Below are positions 47,048 through 56,078 of a stretch of 64,000 nt of DNA, piece after piece. Origin of the DNA: an uncultured Thermoplasmatales archaeon (GTDB lineage: Archaea; Thermoplasmatota; Penumbrarchaeia; Penumbrarchaeales; Penumbrarchaeaceae). The stretch spans positions 4,537-68,536 of the forward strand of contig CAZLVP010000014.1 in the NCBI GenBank assembly GCA_964563055.1. The letters run 5' to 3'. Both the position numbers and the translations under genes were made by a program. Below the pieces are notes generated by a model. The model was not told where the DNA came from. It searched no databases and worked only from the letters and a program-made list of their open reading frames with translations. Position 1 is the first letter of the stretch, and each line of letters begins with the position of its first letter.

Positions 47048-47472
47048 CTTACGGGCTTCTCTTTCCTGCCCCTCACAAGCTCGTTCAAAGAGACATTGTT
47101 GACCTTTATGACCTTGTACCTGACACCCGGGATGTCCCCGTAGGACCTACCTTTCCTGCCGCCTATGCCCTCGACCATGACCTCGTCATGCTCATCTATG
47201 AAGTTGATGGCCCCATTGCCCGGAGCGAACGCGGTTATCTGTCTTCCGTTCTTTATGAGCTGGATCTTTACGGCCTTCCTTATGCCCGAGTTGGGCTGCT
47301 TGGCCTCTATCCCGACCTTCTCAAGGACGATGCCCCTGGCCTGAGCGGAACCTTGTAGAGGGTCCGACCTCTCCTTGAGCTTCAAAACCCTCTTCTTGAA
47401 GTACCTATCGTTCCAGCGGAACTTCAGGTTATCCTTCTTCAGCTTCCTTCCGGTGAACAGTCCGTTGGCCAT
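47044..47472 (-). CDS. rps12: 30S ribosomal protein S12 (uS12)
   Basis: [14 protein letters not shown]...[39 protein letters not shown]...[21 protein letters not shown]. Confidence 0.9.
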   Translation of the reverse strand: MANGLFTGRKLKKDNLKFRWNDRYFKKRVLKLKERSDPLQGSAQARGIVLEKVGIEAKQPNSGIRKAVKIQLIKNGRQITAFAPGNGAINFIDEHDEVMVEGIGGRKGRSYGDIPGVRYKVIKVNNVSLNELVRGRKEKPVR

Positions 47473-47481
47473 GGGGGTCAC

Positions 47482-47571
47482 CCCTATTTATGGGATTAAC
47501 GGCGGGGTTACTTAAAACGGATATTTATAAGTTTGGTAGGAACGCTGGGCATCCAATGGTACGGTCAGACC
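47482..47571 (-). promoter_or_regulatory. Putative str-operon promoter (minus-strand TATA-like CTTATAAATATCC about 50 bp upstream of the rps12 start)
   Basis: The only intergenic space upstream of rps12 contains the reverse complement of ggatatttataag at 47523-47535. Confidence 0.35.
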
Positions 47572-50500
47572 TCATAACCCTTTCCTGATGAGGAAATAGG
47601 AAAGTCCGATGAGCGTTATGAGAACGGTCCCGCCGGTGATGTATAGGAACAGCGGCACCCTCCAGAACGGTACCGGTGGTTCTTTTTCCCCTATCTTGAC
47701 GACCATGGTCTGAAGGTCGTTGGTGCTGTTCGTCTCCTTCCATAGACCCCTGTCCTGGAAGGAGAGTATGATATCATAGGTCGTTCCTGGCCTGAACGAC
47801 CTGAACAAGTGCTCCAGCGTTACAAAGGACCCGGGCCTCAGGGCGCTCAGGTTGAGTACGATGACGGTCCTGTTCTCCGGTTCAGAGACCTCTTGGACCG
47901 TCAGGTGGATAGTGACGAGCTCGGCCCCTATGTCACCCAAATTGCGCACTTTGGCCTGGACCAAATGCTCCCCGGGAGGGAACGTACGGTTGAGGGCCTC
48001 GCCGGTCCTTCCATCGAGGCCTAGCCCCTCTATGGCTATCTCTATGAAATGTACTGTGACCGTTATGTTCAAGGACCTTCGAAGCTCCCCGCCTGGGACA
48101 GGGAGCGGCATGGTCCCTGCAAGCATCAGGGAGACCTCTTTGGTCCCGTTATCCTGGAAGCGGATTATGAACTGGTATTCCTTGACGCCGATCAGGGACG
48201 AGGTGAATGCTCCCGTATCGAATTGGACGCCGTCCAGGAGAAGATTGATGGTGAACTGGACTGGTTGCAGATAACCAAAGGCCCTCACCTTGAAGAAGAG
48301 AATGGCATCCTGTCCTTTGACCACATTCTCCGGCCGGACCTCAAGGGACCCGTTCAGGAGGTAGATCCCTCTCGATACGGGTGACCTTCCCACATTTAGC
48401 AGGAGCTCCACCGAATTGTCCGAGGTGTCCTCGGTCCCCGAAGAACATGCTATGATGGTCAGATTATAGATGCCGTCGGGGAGAGGGAACTCAACGATCA
48501 ACCTGACATCGACGACCTTGGTGTCGTTCGCGCCCATGGTCAGATTCTCCGGAAGGACCAGAGTGATCCCCTCCCTGGAATCCAGGTCGGAGCAGCTGAA
48601 GCTCACATTATCGTCACCATTACCACTGTTCATGAGGAACAGGTTGTAGGTCAGGTTCATCATACCCTTTGATGGGGGGTCGTCTATCTTTTGGTTGGTC
48701 CCCGATGGGACCAATCTGATGTCATAGAACTGTCTGGATGAGTAGGTTACCGGGAATATGGTCCAATCTGGTTCTGGGTTCCCTGAGATAATCCTTGTGA
48801 GGACCTCATGTTCGGGGGGCAGTGGAAGAGGGGATATCACGAAATAGCCCATCTTGGGTCCAGAAGGGGATCCCAAGGCGACCGAGATATTGCCTGATGT
48901 AAGGGATGACCTTCCGGGGTCAAGTACCATGGTCCTTCGTGTACGGCCCCATGTGAGATCGCTCCCTGTGACGAAGGTCAGTTCGACCCTCTCCCTGATA
49001 TTACCTGTGTTCTCGATCAAGACCGAGATCGGGACCGGGGTCCCTGGTTCGATGGTCCCCTTGACCTTCCCTTCAATGCGAGAAATTACCTTGTGGACCG
49101 CTCGGACGTAAAAGGTCAGTTCAATATCCTGGCTATGGCCTCCCCCCACGGCTCTTACGACTATCCGTCCAGGACCTGAGATGGCCCCCTTGGGTATGGT
49201 GGCATTTACAAAGACCGACCTTTGGACAACTGTCCCGGCCGGTACCATCAGCACCTCCGGCCCAACATGGACGTCCCTATCCACGGACAGATATCCTGAG
49301 GCATTGACCGTTCCGAACCTGAGCAGAAGGTCATTGTTCCATTTGCGGTTGGTGACCATGAACGAGAATGATACGTTAGCGGACGGCTCGACATCCGGCC
49401 CAACGGCCGATGGGGGGCCGAGAGAGAAGGGTCTCTCCTCGAGCCGTTCTATGCCCATCAGGACGAAATCGTCCATGAGCATGCCAGTCTCGTTCAGGCC
49501 GCTGGGGACAAGGTCCAGACGGACCCGGACCTTCTTTCCCAAGTACCCTCCAAGGTCCAGACCGATGAGAGGGTTAGAGCCGAAGGCAGGTGGTCTGGAG
49601 GAATAGCTCCAGTAACCAGCTGGTGTGCTCCCGGAGACGACCACCTGCATCCCCCTTGAATCGTTATAGGGCTTCCAGGAGGCTCCCCCGTCGGTCGATA
49701 TCTGATGAAAGATCCTGCCCTTCCCATCAGTTGTAGGGGTGAGGTTGCCCCTGAACCTGTAGAGCAGATAGACCTGTGGCCGTCTTACCCCTATCTCGAT
49801 GTCGTACGGGTCGGGGGAGAAACCCTCCAGATCGAGCTCTGGCGACAATAGTGAATGGGTCCCGTTCAAAGGGGTCGTCCCGTTCCCGAGGTCACCGGCC
49901 CAAAAGGTCCATGGAGCGCTATGCTGCTGGTCCTCCTGTTCGCCGACGGGGTGTCTGACCGGACGCCATCCCTCGGCCGGGTCGCCCCCCTCGGACATCG
50001 CTTCCCACCCCTCGAACGAAGAGCAGTCCCAGTACTCCCTTGCCACCCATACCCCGCTGTAGAAATAGCCCTTACCTTCCTGTTCGTACTTCCTTCCTTG
50101 CAGGAAGATCGGGTCGGTCGACATTGCCCTTGCATCCCCTGCGACATGTGCTGAGACATTGATGATGTAGGACCCCGAGATGGTGGGGGTCCATCTGAAG
50201 ACGATCATGGGCGATGATGAGCCTTTGCCCGATGGTAGGTCGACAAGTACCATCTCTCTGAAGATGATATGGCCTCTGTCAGGATAATTACCCTCGTACC
50301 AGTAGGATGTACATGTCACCTCGACATCGGAGAGAGGGGCCTCGATATCATTGATGAGCCTTGTCTCTATGTTCGTGGTCCTGTTCACGGTCCCTATGAT
50401 GAAGTTCTCCCAGCCCGAAACAGAGTCCGAACTGACCCTGGTCGAGAATATATCGAAGTGGACCATGGATGCCACCCTAGAGGGTCCGGTCCCTTCATCG

Positions 50501-50592
50501 GAGGTCCCGGGCGCGGGCAGGACGGTCAATAGGAGGAACAGCATGATGAACGCCATGCTCCTGGTCGGTCCGTTGGATAAGGCCACTTGCAT
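47572..50592 (-). CDS. Large secreted surface protein with signal peptide and C-terminal TM anchor (Ig-like/adhesin-like)
   Basis: 1006 aa. Hydrophobic N-terminal signal (MAFIMLFLLLTVLPAPGTS). C-terminal TM plus IRKGL. Confidence 0.4.
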   Translation of the reverse strand: MQVALSNGPTRSMAFIMLFLLLTVLPAPGTSDEGTGPSRVASMVHFDIFSTRVSSDSVSGWENFIIGTVNRTTNIETRLINDIEAPLSDVEVTCTSYWYEGNYPDRGHIIFREMVLVDLPSGKGSSSPMIVFRWTPTISGSYIINVSAHVAGDARAMSTDPIFLQGRKYEQEGKGYFYSGVWVAREYWDCSSFEGWEAMSEGGDPAEGWRPVRHPVGEQEDQQHSAPWTFWAGDLGNGTTPLNGTHSLLSPELDLEGFSPDPYDIEIGVRRPQVYLLYRFRGNLTPTTDGKGRIFHQISTDGGASWKPYNDSRGMQVVVSGSTPAGYWSYSSRPPAFGSNPLIGLDLGGYLGKKVRVRLDLVPSGLNETGMLMDDFVLMGIERLEERPFSLGPPSAVGPDVEPSANVSFSFMVTNRKWNNDLLLRFGTVNASGYLSVDRDVHVGPEVLMVPAGTVVQRSVFVNATIPKGAISGPGRIVVRAVGGGHSQDIELTFYVRAVHKVISRIEGKVKGTIEPGTPVPISVLIENTGNIRERVELTFVTGSDLTWGRTRRTMVLDPGRSSLTSGNISVALGSPSGPKMGYFVISPLPLPPEHEVLTRIISGNPEPDWTIFPVTYSSRQFYDIRLVPSGTNQKIDDPPSKGMMNLTYNLFLMNSGNGDDNVSFSCSDLDSREGITLVLPENLTMGANDTKVVDVRLIVEFPLPDGIYNLTIIACSSGTEDTSDNSVELLLNVGRSPVSRGIYLLNGSLEVRPENVVKGQDAILFFKVRAFGYLQPVQFTINLLLDGVQFDTGAFTSSLIGVKEYQFIIRFQDNGTKEVSLMLAGTMPLPVPGGELRRSLNITVTVHFIEIAIEGLGLDGRTGEALNRTFPPGEHLVQAKVRNLGDIGAELVTIHLTVQEVSEPENRTVIVLNLSALRPGSFVTLEHLFRSFRPGTTYDIILSFQDRGLWKETNSTNDLQTMVVKIGEKEPPVPFWRVPLFLYITGGTVLITLIGLSYFLIRKGL

Positions 50593-50681
50593 CCTGCTCC
50601 CACCGGGTCCCGGTCGGTGGCTTAAAAAGATGGTACATGTTTAAGAACATATCGCCTGGCAGGGTGCATATCTGCCGTCAT

Positions 50682-51311
50682 TCAGACCTGGGAAGCCCTG
50701 AGGGCCCTGTCCAGCAAGAGGTGGCAGACCGTTATCGCCTGATAGGAGTGGAGGACAGTGCCCGAGAGGGATAGCGAACGGGCCCTGTGGTCCCTTAGCA
50801 TGTCCGATTCCTCCGGGAGCAGGTCCTGGTCGTCGGAAAGGATGTACAATACGGGTGTCGTGGCGTCCTGTGGCAGTAACGCCTTTGGGTCCGAGAACAC
50901 ATCGACGCCGTTCTCATCGAGGAGGACCGGTATGACGTTCCATGACCCCAGTATGTCACCGAGCCCGAGCCTGCTCACATAGATGCCATAACCGGCCCAG
51001 AGGACGGAGGGCATGGAGGGAGGGGGCCTTTCCAGGGCCTTCCTCATAAGGGATGCCGTCGATCGCTCGTCCGGGTTCAGCAGTTTGACCTCGTCCCCTA
51101 GAACGGTCAAAGTCCTTGGAGGATCGCCAGGTCCCTTGAGTAGAAGATGAACGGCGGTGTCCTTGCGTATCCCGTGTGAGATAAGGAGCCCCGATGTGAC
51201 GCACCGGACCAACCCGTCCCACCGACCGGAGGCCCCGCACAGGTCGTCAAGGGAAAATCTCGGATCGCTCCTGGCCCTATGAGAGATGACAAGAAAGTTC
51301 CTCCTTGGGAG
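50682..51311 (-). CDS. trmY: tRNA (pseudouridine54-N1)-methyltransferase TrmY (SPOUT, DUF358); start codon unresolved
   Basis: RNFLVISHRARSDPRFSLDDLCGASGRWDGLVRCVTSGLLISHGIRKD aligns to the TrmY N-terminus (..FVVIGHKA..DFSL.DLPG..GR.D.LCRCV...LFLSHGIR). C-terminal LSLSGTVLHSYQAITVCH aligns to ISLSP.ELHA.HCIT. The conserved N-terminus lies upstream of the tracked TTG start, with no in-frame ATG/GTG before the stop at 51363-51365. Confidence 0.6.
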   Translation of the reverse strand, partial: LPRRNFLVISHRARSDPRFSLDDLCGASGRWDGLVRCVTSGLLISHGIRKDTAVHLLLKGPGDPPRTLTVLGDEVKLLNPDERSTASLMRKALERPPPSMPSVLWAGYGIYVSRLGLGDILGSWNVIPVLLDENGVDVFSDPKALLPQDATTPVLYILSDDQDLLPEESDMLRDHRARSLSLSGTVLHSYQAITVCHLLLDRALRASQV

Positions 51312-51377
51312 CGGAGGAAGGGTTGGCAGGTCCGAAGGGAACGGGATCGGAACGCACCTCTCTTACCCTTCAGTGCC

Positions 51378-51653
51378 TCATTTCTTGGAGTTCTTAAGTC
51401 CTTTCTCCTTCTCCTTTTCCAGGTCCTCCTTGATCTTCTTCTCGAATAGGAGCCTGGCCTTCTCCTTCCTGCGGATCGCTATCTGGGACGCCCTGATCTT
51501 CTCCTGGTACTTGTGCCTGATGGAGAAGAGCTTGTCCTTGTCTATGCCACCGGACTTATGGAGCTCCTTGGCCTCGACGAGCTTGCCCTCGTACTTCTCG
51601 ATCTCGGTCCTGTACTTCTCGATATCCTTATTGAGCCTCTCGATCTTTCCCAT
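51378..51653 (-). CDS. Small K/E-rich coiled-coil protein (hypothetical)
   Basis: 91 aa, predicted helical and basic. Starts 3 nt after the ftcD-like gene stop on the same strand. Confidence 0.3.
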   Translation of the reverse strand: MGKIERLNKDIEKYRTEIEKYEGKLVEAKELHKSGGIDKDKLFSIRHKYQEKIRASQIAIRRKEKARLLFEKKIKEDLEKEKEKGLKNSKK

Positions 51654-51656
51654 GTC

Positions 51657-53327
51657 TTACCCCTCCAGTGCCCTCTTTACAACTTCCGATATTGTACCGT
51701 GGAGCTCCGTCCCTGTGGAGGAGAGGGTCGCTATTCGCGCCCTCATCTCGGAGACGTACGCTTGGTCCTTTATAGATGGAAGGTTTATATTAACGTTCAT
51801 AAGGGCCCCTTTCAGACCGGACAGGGCCATATCGGCCCCGACACCAGCATCCGAAATGGAACCTTTGTTGCCCTTCTGGGAAACGGGGAGGGCCGCCTTC
51901 AGGACCTCTATGCAGCTATCTGCTGTCGAGAGAGGGGTGTCTATGGCCCTCTTGTAACCCTTTTGTATGGCCGCAGACCGGAGCGCCTTCTCCTCGTCCG
52001 TGACCTTGGGCATCTTGAACGCCTTCATTACATCGTTGAAGGCTACGGTGTCCTCATCCACCAGCTCAAGGAGCCTCTGTCTCAATGTTCTGCACCTCTT
52101 TGAGGCCTCGTTCATCTCTTCGAAGCTTTCCTTGTACTGTTCCTTTCCCAAAGTCAGCTGGCACACCATCTCGACAAGGGCCGCGCCCAGCGCACCCGAA
52201 AGAGCGGCGACGCTTCCGCCGCCAGGGGCAGGAGAGCTAGAGGCAAGCTCGTCAAGGAACCCCGCAAGGTCCATGGAGGCGAGCCTCCGACCGTCCCCGA
52301 CCATCAGGTCTATGACCTTCTTGTCGGGTTCGAACCTGTAGAGCTGGTCAAGGCCGAGCCTGTCAATGGCATACCGCATGAGCGTCCTCTCATCGGACGC
52401 AGTTCCCGGACCATCCTTGTCTGAGTACCTCTTCCCAGCGAGGACAAGGGCTTCCATGGGGACGAGGCCGACGATCTCGCTACCCCCCACCTCCCCTCCA
52501 AGGGCTGCGGCCTCCTTCCTGCATGCTTCATAGGCCTCATCTAGGTTCGTGGTCCTGAAGTCAAGGAGGTTCATGGATACCTGGGCCATGTTCTCGTTGT
52601 ACATCATACCACCTGCCTGTATCGCTTTCAGATACCCCGGTATCTTGATAGGTTTCCCGTCGGACCCCATTACCTTCTCTCCCTTCTCGTCGAGCTTGAA
52701 GGTACCGCTGGGCCTGATCCTCCCTGAGATGGTGGAGGCGATGGTCTTGTCCCCCTTGGTAAGGTTCACATTGAATGCAATGAGGATCTCCCTGGTGCCG
52801 GTCGCGGTCACCCCGCTCTTGGGAACGAAGACGGGCTCACCTATGTCGGGTCGGAAGTCGGGCATCCTCAATTTCTCAGGGAGGGCCTCGTACTCCCCCT
52901 TTCTGATGTCCGGAAGAGCTGTCCTGTCCCCCCTCCTTGCGGACCTCGCATAGAGGAAGACAGGTATCCCCAGCTCCTTCCATAACCGCTCTCCGAACCT
53001 GACCGCAAGGCCATCGCAATCCTCATAGGTCACGTTCCTTATAGGAATGAAGGGGCAGACATCAAGGGCGCCCATCCGGGCATGTTCCCCTTTGTGCTTG
53101 GTCATATCTATCAGGGAGGTCCCGACCTTGGCGGCCTGGAAGGCCGCTTCGAGCACCTCTTCGGGACCGCCCACGAAGGTGAACACCGTTCTGTTGAAAT
53201 CGGCCCCTGGGTCCACGTTAAGCAGTTTGACCCCCTTGACGCTCCTGACCGCTCCCGTTATGGCCTCAATGACCGCCATGTCCCTGCCTTCGCTGAAGTT
53301 CGGGACGCATTCCACTATCCTGTCCAT
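51657..53327 (-). CDS. ftcD: Bifunctional glutamate formimidoyltransferase / formimidoyl-tetrahydrofolate cyclodeaminase (FtcD-like)
   Basis: RIVECVPNFSEGRD is the hallmark of the formiminotransferase domain. C-terminal SSSPAPGGGSVAALSGALGAALVEMVCQLTLGK is a cyclodeaminase-domain motif. Start trimmed to MDRIVECV. Confidence 0.75.
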   Translation of the reverse strand: MDRIVECVPNFSEGRDMAVIEAITGAVRSVKGVKLLNVDPGADFNRTVFTFVGGPEEVLEAAFQAAKVGTSLIDMTKHKGEHARMGALDVCPFIPIRNVTYEDCDGLAVRFGERLWKELGIPVFLYARSARRGDRTALPDIRKGEYEALPEKLRMPDFRPDIGEPVFVPKSGVTATGTREILIAFNVNLTKGDKTIASTISGRIRPSGTFKLDEKGEKVMGSDGKPIKIPGYLKAIQAGGMMYNENMAQVSMNLLDFRTTNLDEAYEACRKEAAALGGEVGGSEIVGLVPMEALVLAGKRYSDKDGPGTASDERTLMRYAIDRLGLDQLYRFEPDKKVIDLMVGDGRRLASMDLAGFLDELASSSPAPGGGSVAALSGALGAALVEMVCQLTLGKEQYKESFEEMNEASKRCRTLRQRLLELVDEDTVAFNDVMKAFKMPKVTDEEKALRSAAIQKGYKRAIDTPLSTADSCIEVLKAALPVSQKGNKGSISDAGVGADMALSGLKGALMNVNINLPSIKDQAYVSEMRARIATLSSTGTELHGTISEVVKRALEG

Positions 53328-53485
53328 CCAGATACGCTCCGTTGGTCCAATGGCCCGTTGGCCTGGATTGGGGCGTATGATGGGGATATTAGATAAAACA
53401 TGCGCCCGACCCGTTATCTTTCGGGCCATGGTGTTTGATGGACGTTTCATAAACTAATTTTACTTCCTATATTATTCGAACCCCT

Positions 53486-56056
53486 ATGTCTCACAGCCCT
53501 TTTAGGCCCGGACCCGGCAGCGGGCGTTCGAACGAAGAGACCTCCTTCGGTCGACTGGTCTCGTTCTTGGCGGTAGCTCTGCTGCTAGTCACGGCAACCT
53601 TATCGTTGGTGACCATCGATGCGGACGGATCTGCCGAGAGAACGGTCCATACCAGGGCCGCACCGTCGGGTCATAGCACCCTCGATGATCTTGTCGTCCG
53701 TTATCCCTCCTATATTTCCGGTACCGGTCCCGACTACACAGTGACAAGGTCATTGGAGCTCGGTGCATCGGTCCCCATCTATGTTTCCGCAGGGCAGAGG
53801 TTGCTGTTCGAAGAGGGCACCTATCTGAACCTCACAGCCCCCCCCATCTTCGATGGGACCCAAGGTTCCCCTGTGGTCCTCCGGCCGGCCCCTGGTTCCA
53901 CCTTCTGGGGCGGGCTCGGTCTCCTCGAGGCGGACCCTACCGCCAATCCTATGTTGAAGAACGTCACCATCGAGAGGGCCATCACAGGGATAAGGTCAGC
54001 TGGCTCGGACATGGTCCTCGAGAACGGAAGGATAGGCAACTGCTCCAGGGCCGGCATCGATGCGAGCAAGGTGTCCACCCCGACCGCTCGGGTCGTGATC
54101 AAGGACACCATCCTTACCAACTGCACCTATTACGGGGCCCAGCTATCCGACGTGAGAGAGGTCCTGATGGACAGGATAACGACCATATCGTGCGGGACGG
54201 GCATCCGGCTCTATAGGACCGATGCAGTGGCAAGGGAGCTATTCCTGCTGGAATCGGGGGGGTTAGGCCTTTCTCTGGTAGGTTCCAAGCTCACCGGCTC
54301 CGGTATCAGGGCCACCTCCTCCGCGAGCAGTGGTATCTCAACGACCTACCAGCTCCTGGTCCATAGCTCTGAGGTCGTTATCGAAAGCGGTACCCTCGGT
54401 CGTTCGAAGGTCTGCGCCCTGGCGCTGTCGGGCTCCACAATGGTCCTAAAGGGCATGGAGATCGGACCCGCGTTCACCGATGGGGTGCAGTCCAATGACT
54501 CCTCGGTTTCCTTGATGGATGTCAGGATATCATCGTGCAAGGAGAGCGCGGTCCATTCCGAGGGGTCGACCATGGACCTGTCCACCTCGGTCCTTGAGGA
54601 CAACGGTAAGGGCTCAGGGAACTTCCGTTATTCGTCCCTTTACCTTAGGGGTTCCACCGTCAGAATGGTACGTATGGGCATCAAGGGATCGGGTGATACC
54701 CATATAGAGGCCGTGCGCTCCAAGGTAACCGTGGAGAACTCCACATTGGGCCCAGTGCCGAGGACATCCATAATGATTGACGGGGGCTCCAGGTTGGACA
54801 TCATCGACACGTCCGTCCCTGGTATCATGGTGTTCAAAGACACGCTCTCTATCGCCAGGGTCATTGACCTCTTCATCGTTTCGGTAAGGGATTTCTTGAC
54901 CAACAAACCCGTCATGTCCGCGACAGTGGATGTGATAGGTCCTGACAAGGGCTATTTGGGGTCCTACTCCACCGGTGCCGATGGGACCACGCAGGTCATC
55001 TCCACAGTAATATCGACCAATACGAGCGTTGGTAATAACTCGGGTTTCCCGCTGGGCCTTGCCGTGTCCAAGACCGGTTACGAGCTGACCATGATGGAGC
55101 TCCGCTCGGCGTCGACCGTGGTCAACGCAGAGCTATACCCCCCCAACGGACCTCCCGCTCTGACCCTGCTCAGACCGATGAACGGGACCCGGGCCGGACC
55201 CCGTCTCGTGGTGGAGGGCTATCTCACGGACGACCTCGGGGTGCATAATGTGCAGCTCAGGGCAGGCTCCGGCCCCTGGTCCACCCATCCTGTCACTACG
55301 TATGGCGATACTGGGTATTTCATCTTGAACATCTCGTTGAGCGGTTTGTCCCCAGGGCAGCAGTCAATATCGGTCCAGGCATTTGATGGGGTCCATACCT
55401 CCACAGTCCACACCAGGACCGTGATCTGGGCTGGCCCCTCAGTCCACGATACCGACGGGGATGGTCTCCTCGACATGGAGGAGGACCTGAACGGCAATGG
55501 GGTCGTGGACAAGGATGAAACGGACCCGCTCGATCCCGATACGGACGGGGACGGCCTTATGGACGGTCTTGAGCTCGACGAGAGCGATGGGAATGCGACC
55601 GATCCACTGGACCCCGACACTGATGGCGATTTCCTGCTTGACGGGATAGAGGACCGGAACGGCAACGGCCGTGTCGATACTGGCGAGACCGATCCCAACA
55701 ACATCGATACGGACGGTGACGGCGCCTCAGACAAGGATGACCATTATCCACTTGACCCGTCAAGGATTGACCCGAAAGATGTGGATGGGAACGATGACGC
55801 CATGATGGTCCTGATACTTGCCATAGTCATCGTGGTCATAATAGGACTGACCATCTATCTGGTGATAGTGAAGACCTCGGGCACAAGGATGGGAAGGGAG
55901 GGGCAGGGTCGAGGTTCTGGTCCCATAGGGCCAAGGCCTGTCCAACGACCCTCGAAAAGACCGGCATCGATGATGGAGAGGGGGAAACGTCCGTCAGGAC
56001 CCGTTCGGCGTGGCTCGGTCCCCGGAGGCCGTCAAAAAGGCCGCTTTGGAGGATAG
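53486..56056 (+). CDS. Surface protein: signal anchor, right-handed parallel beta-helix repeats, Asp-rich calcium-binding (thrombospondin type 3-like) repeats, C-terminal TM and basic tail
   Basis: NCSRAGIDAS...ILTNCTYYGAQLS...ISCGTGIRLY are PbH1-type repeats. Repeated DTDGDGLxDxxEDxNGNGxVDxxETDPLDPDTDGDG. TM helix LVLILAIVIVVIIGLTIYLVIV. Confidence 0.5.
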   Translation: MSHSPFRPGPGSGRSNEETSFGRLVSFLAVALLLVTATLSLVTIDADGSAERTVHTRAAPSGHSTLDDLVVRYPSYISGTGPDYTVTRSLELGASVPIYVSAGQRLLFEEGTYLNLTAPPIFDGTQGSPVVLRPAPGSTFWGGLGLLEADPTANPMLKNVTIERAITGIRSAGSDMVLENGRIGNCSRAGIDASKVSTPTARVVIKDTILTNCTYYGAQLSDVREVLMDRITTISCGTGIRLYRTDAVARELFLLESGGLGLSLVGSKLTGSGIRATSSASSGISTTYQLLVHSSEVVIESGTLGRSKVCALALSGSTMVLKGMEIGPAFTDGVQSNDSSVSLMDVRISSCKESAVHSEGSTMDLSTSVLEDNGKGSGNFRYSSLYLRGSTVRMVRMGIKGSGDTHIEAVRSKVTVENSTLGPVPRTSIMIDGGSRLDIIDTSVPGIMVFKDTLSIARVIDLFIVSVRDFLTNKPVMSATVDVIGPDKGYLGSYSTGADGTTQVISTVISTNTSVGNNSGFPLGLAVSKTGYELTMMELRSASTVVNAELYPPNGPPALTLLRPMNGTRAGPRLVVEGYLTDDLGVHNVQLRAGSGPWSTHPVTTYGDTGYFILNISLSGLSPGQQSISVQAFDGVHTSTVHTRTVIWAGPSVHDTDGDGLLDMEEDLNGNGVVDKDETDPLDPDTDGDGLMDGLELDESDGNATDPLDPDTDGDFLLDGIEDRNGNGRVDTGETDPNNIDTDGDGASDKDDHYPLDPSRIDPKDVDGNDDAMMVLILAIVIVVIIGLTIYLVIVKTSGTRMGREGQGRGSGPIGPRPVQRPSKRPASMMERGKRPSGPVRRGSVPGGRQKGRFGG

Positions 56057-56078
56057 CCCCTTGGTCCCTCCCAGAGCA

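Noticed and set aside
51107-51292. 61-aa ORF (TTG start) overlapping the trmY 5' region as a possible true N-terminus via frameshift
   Set aside because: Its translation (SLIGPGAIRDFPL) matches TrmY less well than the main frame read upstream (RNFLVISHRARSDPRFSLDDL). The main frame alone reproduces the conserved N-terminus, so a frameshift is not required. The missing start codon remains unexplained.
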